From Octopus vulgaris (lineage: Eukaryota): DNA of 64,000 nucleotides. Made by a program: the position numbers and the translations under genes. Location: the NCBI GenBank assembly GCA_951406725.2, contig OX597817.1:126356001-126420000 (forward strand). The letters are read 5' to 3'. Within the stretch, counting starts at the first letter, position 1, and each line of letters begins with the position of its first letter. A model generated the notes under the pieces. The model made no database searches and was not told where the DNA came from. It saw only the letters and a list, made by a program, of their open reading frames with translations. This document shows positions 14,371 to 29,228 of the stretch, one piece after another.

Positions 14371-14911
14371 GGATGAGTTACAGAACCAGAAGAATGAGTC
14401 TAAACCCTTCTGGCGGGTCCTAAATTATATATGTATACATGTATTTATACACACACACACACCAATGTAGGTACCTAGTTGCAAAGTAAAGTAGAAAATA
14501 AAGCACTCAAATACCAAATAGAGAACCATATTGTATCATATTAAATCACAAAAAAATACATCACACGCTCTTTCTCAGAATTTGAAAGGACCGTTTGTGA
14601 ATCAATTGTGATAATACAAAATAATGAAATCTTAAAATAATTGTGGGTAATTATAATATTTTCTTGATACGCAATCAACGAATAAATATTTCAATCTGAT
14701 TGCGTAACTAATTTGAAAACTAACAGTGCATAAATGACTGCCAACTAACGATGCATCGGTTGGGATTAACCGTAGCAGCAAAGTAAGTATAAAACAATAG
14801 TTGAATCGAAAAACTCTATAGAGAATGAAGTAGAATATATTAAAAGTAGAAATTGCAAATGATTAAAATGACTATAATAGATGGAACAGACGTATATAAA
14901 GGTATGCTGTG

Positions 14912-14981
<70 letters not shown>

Positions 14982-16843
14982 TATGTATGTCTGTGTGTGT
15001 ATGTCTACGTGTGTCTGGATGTACCTGATATATTAATGAAAAAAAACTTTGTGAAGTAATTTCTTTAGTAATATTCATGTTAAGTTAGGATCAATAAATT
15101 CTGATTAATATAATTTTCAACACGATTTTGTAATGCGGACATGTATAGAGTTAATAATGTTAACAAATTAACCATTAGCTAACTTTGAAAGAGTTATAAA
15201 TTGTAAAATGCGAAATAAGGTAAAAACTGATGCAGATATAATTAGATTCACATATAAAAATGTGTAGGAAATATATAGAAGATAAACTGAGACATCGAAT
15301 TCAATATTATTCCTATAACTACATGTCACTTGATACTGCAGGCAGCAATGACACGAGAGGGCTATGGTTCTAAAGAGATGACGAAGATGAATAAGTTTTC
15401 CTTTAGTAACAGACCATGTCTTATGCCTGTGCATGAATGTATATCATGAGTACATTAATCTTTTAAGAGAACCATCTTTCAAGCTAGTATTTATGAGAGT
15501 AAAATTTGAAACTTTAAATTAATCGCCTACCAATATACCAATATATCATATGACAAATGCATCTAGTATACCAGCAGTATCAGCGAATAAAATAAGAATT
15601 ACACTGATAAAATTTCAAAAATATATATACACAAATCATTAGAAAGTAATGCATTTATATAAATATGAAAACGCAATAAGAATGTGAGCAATTGTATTTA
15701 CCAATATTTCTTCAAGTCTTCATCTACAATTTAAACTTCACTTACTATATTTTTGCATTTTCTTTATTCAATCATTCAGTCATTCTAACCAATGATGCAC
15801 TCTGTATATCAATTCCATTTCTGGGTTAAAAATGGGTGGTAGGTCGGTTTATTGATTAGTTAGTTGAATGTGAACGGAATGATAACATTTAACACAAGAA
15901 AATAATGACAGTTGACAATCAATATTGGATTTCGGAAAATGGTTAGCTACATGAGATGTCATGTTTGGCTGGGCGAGGTTTTCATATTTATATTAATTTT
16001 TATTTCTATTCTACCGTTTTTGTTCTCTTCAAGCAATTATACTTTCAAAAGATATGTTATTGTGTGTACAATTCAAACCTCTTTACTTTCTATAAATGCA
16101 CTCTTTTTCTTTCATTCCTATATATTTTTACTTTTCAGAATTGTACTTTTTGCGTCAGTGATTTATTTGTTTCGTGAGATCTTTCTCAATAATCTTTTTT
16201 GCAATATTGTTATTTAACTTTTATTATTGAATATTATTGTTGATAGATTATTTTTTTCGATCTTTTTGCTCTTCAATTTTTTTGTTTGTTTGTATTTTCC
16301 CAAGATTTTACGTCTTACACCTTTCAAAATTAATTGGTTCGCTCAAAGAAAGTGGCATAACGCAGAACAAAAAAGTATATACGTATATGCATACAGGGTA
16401 ACGACAAAAAATTGGCAATACCAACTAACAAAGGATTACATGAATGGAGAACGAAGAAGAGCAATGCAAAGCGATGAAGGAAATGCAATATACGAGAAGC
16501 AACAAATAACAGATAATTCTACATATATATATACACACACACACATATAGATAATTATATATGCACATACACATAGAAACACGCAAACAAACGCATACAC
16601 ACATACATGTATATATACGTGCATATAAACGTATATATGTATTTATATATACACGCATACATACATGAATGTAAATATATTAAAAGATACCGAATTAAAA
16701 ATATCTAGCACCACAGGTTTGGGCTCCATATCCAACATCAGTATAGAGCAACACGAATTGCTGTTCAATAAGGTAGTAAAGTCACTTATATGCCAACTTG
16801 ATATAAGATGTATCTTTCTCTTCCTTTAGGAAAATAATTTACT

Positions 16844-16905
<62 letters not shown>

Positions 16906-17050
16906 TGTGTGTGTGCATTTACACACATAAAGGCACATATACGCGCAGATTTATAAATATATATATACGCATGTGGGAGTGAATGCATAATGGATATGTA
17001 GAAATACTCTTACACAGATACATGAAATTATACATAGCTTTACATATATA

Positions 17051-17093
<43 letters not shown>

Positions 17094-17287
17094 ATGTGTG
17101 TGTGTGAGTGAGTGTATTACTCCTATATAATCGTCCAAACGTAAATACAGCTATCGGACAAAAGCTGGTGTGTATCTCCCTATACACATATATATTTGTA
17201 CATTTACAGCAGAACCTCGGTTTTAGAGCAACTCTGATCATGGATAAATTGTACTTTATCCCCTGTCTGTCCCATATTCATTTAATA

Positions 17288-17335
17288 TAGTAGTACCTCG
17301 GTTTACGAACGCCTCTGATCGGGAATAAATCGTGC

Positions 17336-17422
<87 letters not shown>

Positions 17423-17491
17423 ATATATATATATATATATAACGCACGATTTTCCCGCGATCAGAGTTGCTCGAAAACCGTGGTACTACTT
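17288..17491. mobile_element. pogo/Tigger-type MITE whose interior is microsatellite
   Basis: ~48-bp imperfect TIRs (TAGTAGTACCTCGGTTTACGA..CTCTGATCGGGAATAAATCGTGC vs GCACGATTTTCCCGCGATCAGAG..TCGAAAACCGTGGTACTACT), TA on both sides; resembles CAGTRGTACCTCGG Tigger ends. Confidence 0.7.
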
Positions 17492-18426
17492 TATATGTAT
17501 GTATATGTATACGTATATATATATATATATATATACATACACACACACATAGATGCTGTGAATGTAAAGCCTCCCACACATAGATAACCGTTCATACCTA
17601 CCAAATTGCATACCTACCAAACAGCTGCATATAGAAACTAAGATACACACTTATATTTGTGCGTATATATTGCATGCATATATAGATACACACTCGCATA
17701 CACATTTTATTCTTCTCACATTTATATGCAAATTTTGTATTCGCACGTATACCAAAAGAATCATGCACACAACAGTACAATAGAACGCAAATTGGCTGCT
17801 CCGTCTTTCCGGCGTACGCTTTATAAATAATGTTGCTGAATAATTAAAGTGTGATGCTATTTATTGATCAATGGGTGCCTTCAGCATTTTGCTTACTAAG
17901 CAGAAATGACATTATTCAGTTCAATGAAGAAAGAATGAAATGTGAAATATATTAAATAAATTCTACACAAGAAGCAAAAGAAAAAATGTGTAGAATAAAA
18001 TAAAACCAATACCCTAAAACTTTAGTAGTCTCTTCAATTTATTTTCGTGTTTATTAATTCACAAGCTGCATAAAAGTTCTAATTCAGTTGCAATTAAATG
18101 GCGGTGTCTCTATGCCAATTCAATTTCGAATACATCTTTTTCAATATAGTCGATAATTGTATTACTGAACGACATATCAAAAACCAAAGAGTAGATTTCA
18201 TGTATATATATATATCCACGAGTGAATACACATACACACTAGCACACATTTACGCACTGACACGCACACTTATATAAAAAATGCATGAGTGTCTATATAA
18301 AAAAATTAATATAAAATTTATGTATAAGCGTTTAAGTATCAGAAGTAAATATTCATAAATATACTCGCAAATATACTACAGAAATAGTGATACATACAAA
18401 CATACTTTCATGCATGCATACATACA

Positions 18427-18457
<31 letters not shown>

Positions 18458-18937
18458 CTATACATACACTCACACACGCATATATATATATATATATATT
18501 TTATACACAGATATGAGTGTGGATGTGTGGGTGTGTTTGCGTTTGTATATATAATAACTATACAGGCTATAAAACCACTGGTATTAAAAACGCATCTAGA
18601 TCCCCTTACCATTAGCTAATTCGACAGCTCTCTCTCTGACTCGAACTTAACAAGGATCGCATAGTATACTGAGTCTAGTAAGTCTTGACAAAATTATTCA
18701 CAACTACATACAAACCAGAGTATTTGCTTCCTGAATTTTACCTAGTAACTGCAGTTCCCGGATAGCCATAAGTTACTATGGTATATGCGTGTGTGTAAGG
18801 CCTCGAAATTAATCTAACATGAACGACTTAAGATGACACTTCTAAAACGAATGCAACATATTTACAACAGTGAAGTAATTATTATCGCAGCTAAATGTCG
18901 ACTATGTAAGTTAAATTCCTCTCACATATAAATGTAA

Positions 18938-19709
18938 TACGAGGGTTAGCCAAAATAAATCGGGATTTTGCAATATTCGTTTTTATTAATAATTTCTTTA
19001 CCTCTTCCACATCTGAAAATTCCGTGGTACGAGCTTTTGTCACCAGTGATGATCTTCAAAAAGAGTCCTCGGTCAACTTCCTGTTGCTCTTTCAGTTCAC
19101 GATACGCATTTAGTCGTGATAGCGTTTGATCTTCCGTGAGTAAGCGAGGCACCAATCTCTTTGCACCTTTTTTCATTCGCAATCCATCGTTCAAAATTCG
19201 TTGACAGGAGCTCCAGAACACACCACTCATATCAACATGTTCGTCAGTTGTTCAGTATCGGTCCTCCAAGATCAGTTCAATGAACTTTCGTGGCTTTCAT
19301 TCGTTCCAGAGATCGACAGTCGTCCTGAACAAGGTTGGTATTCAGACGACAAGTGAACATTCATAAAGTGTGGAAATCACTCCGTAATCTTGTGTTTTGC
19401 TCATGGCAGCATCCTTATAAGCTGTTTAAAGCATGACACCTGTTTCGGCCGTCGTTTACCCCAGCAGAAAGTAAAATTTCATGGAAGCACGCTGTTCTTT
19501 CGTTCTATCTCGAAAATCGACGAACAGTGGAGAAGCACTGCAAAGCAAAGCGCAACGTAGAAGTACGATGACTGCACTTAGTAGGAAGAAGCGGGTCGAC
19601 AGATTGATGGCCGAGAGTCGCATCAAGTGGTTTCTAGCGTTGGAAGCCATAACTACAATGGGATTGTCCAACAAAGAAAGATACCTGTTACTTCTGGGTA
19701 TAACTCGTA
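18938..19709 (-). mobile_element. internally deleted mariner element
   Basis: Ends TACGAGGG.. and ..CTCGTA. Minus-strand transposase N-terminus EQRASMKFYFLLG and ..AKRLVPRLLTEDQ..FLKIITGDKS (WVPxxL and TGDE motifs); the remainder of the DDD domain is missing. Confidence 0.85.
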
Positions 19710-21739
19710 CTCTCATAGCCTCCAATGCACGACCTTCGAGTGTAAGATTAAGATACCCTCTACTTCGAACTATAAGCCATCTAGGACATAATGTATCAAT
19801 TTGCATTGCACAAAGTATTTTTCCGTATGACAAATGGGCGTCATTTCATGACTTTAGTAAGATCCCATAAATTTATAGCGCAATCAAACACAAAATTGAT
19901 GCTACGATATAAAAATGTTGAATAAAACATTTCAGCTGTTGAAAATATCGTTAAAAAAACATGGACTAGCAAGACGATGTATATTAGATATACCAATCAA
20001 AATGTTATCCTTTTCAGTCATCTCATCAGTACTAAATAACGTTAAATGACAAATATAGCTGCCAAAATAATCCCATTTCCATTTTCTCTTGCCTAATATC
20101 AAAAGATAACGAGGCATCATAAACAATTTCCTTCGTTTTACTATCGACATCTGTCATTCATTCCATTCAGCATCTAAGTGGAACTCTTGATTGAATATGT
20201 GTGTGAATATATGGGGGCGGGGTCTGTACGTTTATGTTTTATAAACATATGTATATGTTTATAAAACAGATTAAATCAAAATATAACACTTAAAATATTA
20301 ACACGAGGAGCCTACTTTGAAGAAATAATTATGTAAATGTAGTTTTTCCAATGCTTATGATATTCAACAATTAGCAACCAGATTTTCCTAATAACTAGTT
20401 TCATGGTTTGCTTGCTGACCATCAACTGTCGCCATAATTGATTCATATAGAAGTTGAATATTTAATGCCATTAACTAACGAAAGAAGTGGTCTATTTCTC
20501 GTCGATGAAAACTTTGACAATTGGTGAAACATGATGTCTAAAGACTTCCGTCTTTGCGTACATCAGAAGCAATGGATAAATTATATTTCTCTCAATGAGA
20601 GAAATTTTAATACATACACACGTTCGCGCGCACATACTCACGTACATAACCATTCATGCATACATACGCACAGAGTTGTTCTTATGTGTTTGTATGCATG
20701 TGTTGATATGTATATATAGATATTTTCTTTATACAAATTCATGAAGCATTTTCTCAATCTAAATTTATTAATCTACCTTGGAGCATTATATGACCGGCAA
20801 TATAACAGTTACTATTCCCTTTCAAGATTATTTTTATCCTTTTACTTGTTTCAGTTAATACACTGTGGCCATGATGGGGCACAAGCATAAATGGTAAGAA
20901 TAGTTTTCCATTATTTGAAGTCAATATGTGGCGTTATAAAAAGCACAACTTCAGTAAGTCTCTGTCAAGTGAGCTGGGTTCATTTTCTCCCTTTCAAGAA
21001 AAACAAAACACTGAAAATTGCAATATTGAGAATAGTAGGATATTCAGCGCAATTTAATTACAGCAGAAACGCTAATGGGGTCGCCATAACTAAGAGATAT
21101 CGTGAAATATTAGAAAAATAAATTTCAGTGCATCTTGAACGTACTAGTGGTTCGAATGAAAGCCTTATAGATGCATTATAACGTAGTAATAAAAAAAAAA
21201 TGAATTTTCCAGGGCGACTCTGCATTATATGCATAAACCTAAGAAACATTCCTCAATAATCCCATGATGTGTTGAATTAATGGATGCAGATGGTGATCAT
21301 ATTCTAACTTTGAATTTTTCAGCTATACATATTTGCATATTTTACTCACAAAATATATCCAACGGTTTTCATTTGCCATACGCATTTAAGTTCAGTATTA
21401 GGTAATTTTAAATTCCACGTGTATCTCGAGAATATTTGATAGCTGATGTGTGGTTAAAATATGGGCTTTGGAATAAACATTCAAGGTGTCATGGTTTCCA
21501 TCACTTTGAAAATATTATTCAGTTTAGTGGAGCTGATATCTTTTTAGTATATTATCACATTTGAATTGTGTGACTACCCATGTGTGAAGGAATTGGGATT
21601 TGAAATTTTGCTGTCATGTATACTTAATATATATATATATATATATATATATTACACAGAGGTATGTATATATAAATATATGAATATATATATATATATA
21701 TATATATATTACACAGAGGTATGTATATATAAATATATG

Positions 21740-21792
<53 letters not shown>

Positions 21793-21809
21793 CATTTATA
21801 AATATATTT

Positions 21810-21882
<73 letters not shown>

Positions 21883-22828
21883 CAGACATGCACAGATTTG
21901 TGTGTGTGAATATATATTCCATATGTATGCGTGTATAGATGTCATGGATTTCCGCATAGTTCACACTTTAATGTGAAAATTTAGTCGTATAAAATTCGCA
22001 TAAGCACTTGCACATTCCGAACTCGGAACAAAGTATTTAGAAGCAAGCTACTTAGACATAAAACATTTTCTATTACTCGAAACATTAAGATTATGTATTG
22101 TCATACTCTCTTAGTATATTTATGACCCATTTCGAATAGGGACATATATTACTGGCACCATCTGTCTTTGATTTTCATTTTGTGCTTTAGAGAATGTTCA
22201 AGAGCGAAGACAGTGGGTTCGTTAAGTTGTTATCCGTCTATGAAACTGGTATAGCTGAAATCCAAAAGTGGCTTAAAAGTCAAAATATGTATTACCAGCT
22301 GTTTGGATTGTGAATCTTCTATAAAAGTAATACTCGTAGAAAAATATATAATCGTAATGCATACATCCACGTTCCAATCAGTTGTTTCAATAACTTTTAT
22401 GACAGGTTCGACTCTTCAACGAAGGATTCGTTCTTACTTTGATTAAACATTGTAAAACAGAATGAATATTTCGCCCAAAAGAGTCGATGGTTAGACGAAA
22501 GAGCGTATATTTATCTAACGATTTAACGAGACCTTGTATTAGACCATAAAGTATGTAAAAATGGCATATATCTATCTATATATATGTAGATATATACTAA
22601 TAGATCAATTTTACAGTATACAAAACTAAATAGATATATATTAATAGATCAAATTTACAGTATACAAAACGGCAGAGGAAATTAAATAGGACGAAAATAG
22701 GAACTCCGATAGCTATTTCTGGGGTCTCGGATTTTCATCATAATGCTGGAAGATTTAGTTCATCAAAATATGCAGCACATAAGGGAAACACATTAACATT
22801 GCATAAAACGAGCCTCCGTTATCAGGTT

Positions 22829-22871
<43 letters not shown>

Positions 22872-22873
<2 letters not shown>

Positions 22874-23382
22874 CAATAATAAATCTCTGAACGAGATGTA
22901 AACAGTAACCGCTCTACAACGTAAAGTATACTAGCCATCTCAATATGGCTAACCACTAAGGGTGGATGTTACTGTAGCTTTTAGCCCCAGGAGATCATCG
23001 TCTCCAGCTGGCTTTAGGCACACTTTCTGTACCCTTATGTTATTTGCAAAGGGAGGTCATCCCTCTCTCGTCAACCTAAGTGATGCGCAAAGTTACAAAG
23101 ACGGAAGTTACTGGTAAAAACATTATATAGATAGTTGTAAACAGGTCCCCTCATCGAAAGCCGGTAATTGCCGTACGTTGACAAGAGGCAAATGCCTCGA
23201 AACTGCAGTCCGTGCGTATCACTTAGGTTTACGAGAGAGGGATGACCTCCCTTTGCAAATATCATAAGAGCACAGAAAGTGTGCCTAAAGCCAGCTGGAG
23301 ACGATGATCTCCTGGGGCTAAAAGCTACAGTAACTCCCACCCTTAGTGGTTAGCCATGCTGAGATGGCTAGTATACTTTACG

Positions 23383-23384
<2 letters not shown>
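22872..23384 (+). mobile_element. non-autonomous PLE-type element: HHR + terminal repeat + inverted copy, inside (TA)n
   Basis: ~172-bp inverted arms 22918-23089 and 23213-23384 with few mismatches; (TA)n on both sides; hammerhead in the spacer. Confidence 0.85.
23172..23216 (+). ncRNA. minimal type I hammerhead ribozyme, U3-A8 variant
   Basis: Stem I CGTACG/CGTGCG, core TTGACAA, stem II GAGGC-AAAT-GCCTC, GAA, palindromic stem III ACTGCAGT, C17 at 23210 (GUC). Confidence 0.85.
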
Positions 23385-23433
<49 letters not shown>

Positions 23434-23444
23434 GATATTATAAT

Positions 23445-23475
<31 letters not shown>

Positions 23476-23519
23476 TTACATATATATATAATGTGATTAT
23501 AAATAATATTATTATTAAT

Positions 23520-24330
23520 AAATAATATAGGTGGCTAGTTAGCTAAAAATATAAAAGGCAAATTTATAAATATGCGTACTAGTTGATAGTACCAGCGTTG
23601 TTAGAAATAATATTCAAAAGCGACTCAATATCACTAAAATAGCCACAAGAGCACTAAAAGTTACCAAGCTGTCGAAATCTAGAGAGCGGGGTCCTGAAAA
23701 TAGCCAACATACCAAAGCGAGGGAGAATCGCAAATAAACAGTGATATAATTATTAATAAATTATAACCGTATATGTGACTAGATACCAAAAAGAACAAGC
23801 AAATTTATAGGCAAGGGTGTAGATAGCACCAGCTCTGCTAGAAATAAGAGTCAAAATCGATTCATTTAGTTACAATAGCACAAAAGTTAACAAGTTGATG
23901 AAATTGGGGAAGCCTGAAAAAATAACAAATACACCTAATTGATTGTCCCTTAAATTGAGTGTTAGGTATGATATAGTGCTTAAAGCTCAGCTAAACTCAA
24001 ATAGCCTGTATGGGTGTGGACTATGTTGCATGGAGATATAGGAAAATTGCAAATATAGAGATAATGCAACCTAATTAATAACAAATTAATGTCATGTTTC
24101 ATAGGATTATTCGCACCTTTGAATAATTTAAGAAGCAGTTAATAATAAATAACCCATACAGTATCTTTGGTGACATAATTTACTCAATGCGCCTATCATT
24201 CATAGCTTAATCGTCGAGATACTGAAACCTGTTCAGTAATGTATTCTAATGACCCTTAGCCCATCCGATGATCCTTTATATATAGCTCATAGCACTCTCT
24301 ACTTATATTACTCTCTATTGATCTGATAAT
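23520..24330. mobile_element. decayed Penelope-like remnant: ORF C-terminus on +, duplicated ~237-bp terminal segment on -
   Basis: + strand ~23965-24110 YDIVLKAQLNSNSLYGCGLCCME resembles the PLE C-terminal W.I..KA......C.LC..E motif; 23585-23680 repeats at 23822-23910. Confidence 0.45.
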
Positions 24331-24964
24331 TTTATAACCTATAAAATGAAATGATTATTCTATAGCTTAAATTGGGTGACGATAATTTATTATTCAATAT
24401 AACCTAGTACAATTTATACCCCATCAATTATTGCAATATGTTCTTACCCCTCTTCAAAATTATGTTCTCCTATATATAGTTAATAAAAAATATATTTATG
24501 TTTTTTTTTACTAGTGGATATTTAAATTTTGCGCCTCCCCTACGTATAAAGTGTACTCTCTAAGATCTTGTAGTGTTCTGCCTCTATTCATTTTAGGTGG
24601 ACTTTAGAAACATTTTATGAACACATTTTCAAAGTTAATTTTATCTTTTTTATAATTTGGCATAATTATATTTTATTTTAATTATTTAATAATAATAATC
24701 TTGCTATAGTTTTTCTATATATCTATATCTTCCAAATTCTTTCTTTTATTATACCTTATATCCTTCTTCATATCTTTATAACTTTTATATCATTTTATAT
24801 TTCATATTGTATGTTTTAAAACATTTAATGCCTCTATATAAACTTCTATATATTTTTACAGTTTATGTCCTTTTAATAGCTTATAAATTTTTATATGCCT
24901 CACAATATACTTTAATCTCATTCTTATATTTTGCTGCACAGATTATTCATTACTTCATTGTGGG

Positions 24965-25265
24965 AAGGCGGCGAGCTGGCAGAAACGTTAGCACGCCGGG
25001 CGAAATGCGAAGTCGTATTTCTCCTGCCGTTACGTTCTGAGTTGAAATTCCGCCGAGGTCGACTTTGCCTTTCATCCTTTCGGGGTCGATTACATAATTA
25101 CCAGTTACGCACTGGGATCGATGTAATCGACTTAATCCGTTTGTCTGTCCTTGTTTGTCCTCTCTGTGTTTAGCCCTTGTGTGTAGTAAAGAAATAAAGA
25201 TAGGTATTTCGTCTGCCGTTACGTTCTGAGTCCAAATTCCGCCGAGGTCGACTTTGGCGTTCATC
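24965..25265 (+). mobile_element. family-A SINE, full length, plus a partial tandem copy (25202-25265)
   Basis: tRNA-like head, GAGGTCGACTTTGCCTTTCATCCTTTCGGGGTCGAT core, tail GTAGTAAAGAAATA. Confidence 0.9.
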
Positions 25266-25498
25266 ATATCATTCAGTTACGTACGAATAGTAGAAAAGAT
25301 CATTTGATTGTGGGCTTCAATGTTTAAATTCTGTGTCTGAATGTATTTCTTTGTATATCTTAAGTATCATTAATTTATACACCCTGTATCTGGGAGTTTA
25401 TTTTCTATTATAACCTATCCTTATCCACCTGTAATCATGTAGATTGATCCTAATATCAGTTCACTTTATATTATATATTATAACACACACAGACACAG

Positions 25499-25531
<33 letters not shown>

Positions 25532-25542
25532 AACACACACAC

Positions 25543-25619
<77 letters not shown>

Positions 25620-25844
25620 CAATGTAAAGTTGTAAGGTAAAACACGAGTGGAAATATATCTGAGAGAAGTTTTGAAAGCGCAATCTTAAAGATGTTTATT
25701 CACTTTGTGTGACCCTTCATATCTTACGACATAAAGTTAATTCTTTGATGCGCAAGTGAAGTTATTGGGCTCCTGTCGTCTGTGAATAGTTAACTAAACA
25801 AATTGGAGTCAACAAGAAGACATACGAATAGGCATCTAGTTTCA

Positions 25845-26310
25845 ATCCCTACAATTATTTATACATAACGTACCTCTTCAAGTATGCAAATACTTGATTA
25901 TGCAACTTTTCCCGCATTACGAGATCTGGTTGTGTTTGATCAAGCGATCTGTAAATATTGACTCCGTAAGTACAAATGCTTGACTTCAAGAGCATCCTCT
26001 CGGTCTGTCGTTTCATGAAGATATTCGTATCCACGAAGTTCATCAAGGTGTGTCATTTGGAATGTGTACATGTAGTGCGATAGTGCTTCTGCAACTTTTA
26101 AACTTGATAAGCTCGGTGGCTGCTAATAACTTCAGTCCACGACAGACAAAAGAATGCTCATGAAGCCGAGAATTTGAACCTGTGGAGTCATTATTAACAT
26201 ATCGCCTGAGAAAACTCAATGAGATCTCATAATGCAGGTAACGAGTTGCCTAGTCAAGTACTTGCATGTCTGAAGAGCTACATCGTGTAGAAACAATTAT
26301 AGCGATTGCA
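25845..26310. repeat. old foldback: ~205-bp imperfect inverted arms around a ~55-bp spacer
   Basis: CTCTTCAAGTATGCAAATACTTGA..GAGATCT..GACTCC..GTCTGTCGT..ATCAAG (to ~26047) mirrored by 26102-26310. Confidence 0.8.
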
Positions 26311-28349
26311 AATAAATGTTCAACCGCATTCCTTCTTTGTGACTCCAAGTTTTTCAATTATATATACAAACTTCTTACTACACATCCGCGCTAGAGCATA
26401 TATTGAATGTATAACATATATCAAATTTCACATTGTGATTCAGATCATAACCTTCTGATTCGTGTTCAATATAATATGCACAATTTCTATATTCATTCAC
26501 TCCACAATATGGTTCACATCACTATTTTTATAATCTCTCGAGTGCATTTAATGTTTCTCTTTTTACTTATACATCATTTTTGTTATTGTCTTTTGCTAGA
26601 ATATTTATTTAATATTCTTATATCCCATATTAAATTACTTTATATTACTATTATTTCGCTGATGTCTTTATGAGATCCAATTGTCTTTCACGAATATTAT
26701 CAGTGTAGCAGACATTTCATGTATATGTGTGTGTGTGCATGTGTGTGTGATGTGTGTGCATGCATGTATGTACGTATGTGTATATGTATATTATACATAC
26801 TAAACATTTACGTCACGTGTATCTTCTCCTTTAATAACAACCGGCAACACGCAATTCATATAGTGTATAATTTTAAGTTTTGCAATTCCTTTACGTAAGT
26901 CAAATAAATGAAAAGAACGAGAGCCAAATACTAAGAACAAATAGTCAATACAGCGGTGGTAGATTAAAGTATGATACCAAACACTTATTCTTTTCTAATG
27001 AAATTATAAATAAAAGGGAGAACATGTAATATAATAGACGTAGAAACATTAGTGTGTGGTTGCCATACGGATGCCAAAATTAAATGACTTCGAATAACCC
27101 TACCGGCAAAAATTGGGACCATATGCAAGAATCTTACTCTGTTAGATATAAATCACAATTAATTTCACTTCATTGTCTTTGGGAATATACTACTAATTAC
27201 TTCAACGATTATTGAAGCATTTAAAACGTTTATACCCATAAAAATCTATATTATATAATACAAAACATTTTCTCATGATGTTGACCGAACGTATCTTCAA
27301 CTTTTCCTTAAAAAGGTCAACAAAAGCTATGTCTAAATTGAAATCAAGTCATCGACCATATGTTCAATCCAAAGGAATATAAGCGTGTTGAAATTCAGAG
27401 AACTCTTTCACTATAACCGCATTTAAACAGTAATTATTAGACATCTCTCGTTCTCATTCTGTTCATTTCAGTTTCTTTCATTCTGTTTAATGCTAGTAAA
27501 TTGCCAATAACATTGAATATTATGGTTTCGCTATTTGTACAACCGCTAATGGACGTATTCACAGCTAAAATGCGTCTGTTCATTAACTAACTTTCATTAA
27601 CAATAACCTCTTATCTGAATAGCTTGATTTTATAAATTTACTTTTCAAATTACAACACTCGCTCCTCCTTTTAGATTTCTTTCGAACTTTCATAATTGAT
27701 GCAATGAAGACGGCTGGAGGAAGCAACAAAAATGTCAGCGTGCTAGCCTAAGTGTCTTTTCGTATTTGGTCTCCCCTCCCAACAGTCACAGTAAATTGTT
27801 GGTCATGTACTGCATTTGATTACACGACTATACACTGCTCATTGAAAGGTGAAGCTTGCGCCAATACAATTAATCGATATAGCAATGCAATGAAAGTGAC
27901 GATTTGACAGAATGTGTAAAACACTACAATCTTATATTACTCGGTTTCGTATTTCTATATTCCGGATTACAACACGGCTAGGGCCAAGTTTAATTCTTAG
28001 TTGCATGCGTTATTATTGCATTATCTTTAAATACTCATTTAATATATAAAAATTTAAATGTTTATAATATATTTAAGTGCATAGTAATGCCTTTGCATAT
28101 ACTAAATAATTTCTCCAGCAAATAAACTAGTAATGAATCTAACTGTTTCTAAGCCAGTTACTATTATTACGATTATTTCACGCTGCTGCTAGAGCGCAAC
28201 AGTACATTTTACTCAGAAATTACTAATGCATACATTTCCAATACGATTCAGCAGTGAAAAGGAGCTAATTTTGTGAGATGTAGGTAATTACGCAAGCAAA
28301 GTAATGTCATTAATTCGTTCCGTATCGATTCTAGGTTTATTCACTATAA

Positions 28350-28372
28350 TTATATATATATATAAATATATG

Positions 28373-28455
<83 letters not shown>

Positions 28456-28462
28456 GTATATA

Positions 28463-28541
<79 letters not shown>
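28350..28541. repeat. long (TA)n microsatellite, representative of many such tracts in the window
   Basis: Directly visible; similar tracts at ~3555, 12045, 12955, 14915, 21620-21875, 23385, 25547, 30343, 35957, 37220, 43072-43255, 45138, 45850, 56950. Confidence 0.95.
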
Positions 28542-28545
<4 letters not shown>

Positions 28546-29188
28546 CATATATATTTGTTCAGCGTTTTCCACATTAGTTCAAGATTAATAATTTCTTTTA
28601 CAATAGCCAATATTTAGCAAGTCTTGCAATTATAAATGAATGTATGCTGCTTCAACGAACCTTGTGTTGTGGAACATTAGACTAATTAAATGCTGTTCAC
28701 TAAACGCCTTCTGTATTAAAATAGTATTACGATTCAGCTTGTACTTTAACACTTCATCCTCAATGATGCACGGATAATATACCGAGTGTAAGCCATTATT
28801 GCACGGCCCCATATTAATCGACAAAATATTCTGTGCCAATGTAAATGGAAATAAAAAAAATGAAAGAGAATGAAGTAGGTTTTATTCTAAATATGGCACA
28901 TTATATCATATATAGTAAACCACTCTATAATGAATGTATGCTTCACATGGATTACTGGATTAAATAAATTCAATTGAAGAATGTGCATGAGCGACAATGC
29001 TGTCGATAGATGTAAATATGTTATACTATAATATTATGTATACTATACTTTAAACTTTCTTCTTCTTTAGTATGTTTATTAAATTCCATTTATATAATTT
29101 TTATTAATTTGATGTTAATGCCTTTTCTTAGCGCTATTAAATTTGTTGCAGTAACAGCACAAGCTGCGGCGGCGGCGGCAGCAGCAGC

Positions 29189-29228
<40 letters not shown>

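Noticed and set aside
22700-22770. Hammerhead on the minus strand (GAA-ATAGCTAT-C)
   Set aside because: Only the 3' half with a palindromic stem III is present; no matching stem I, stem II or intact core.
24965-25055. tRNA genes at SINE heads
   Set aside because: A/B-box-like motifs are present, but there is no cloverleaf and each continues into a SINE core and tail.
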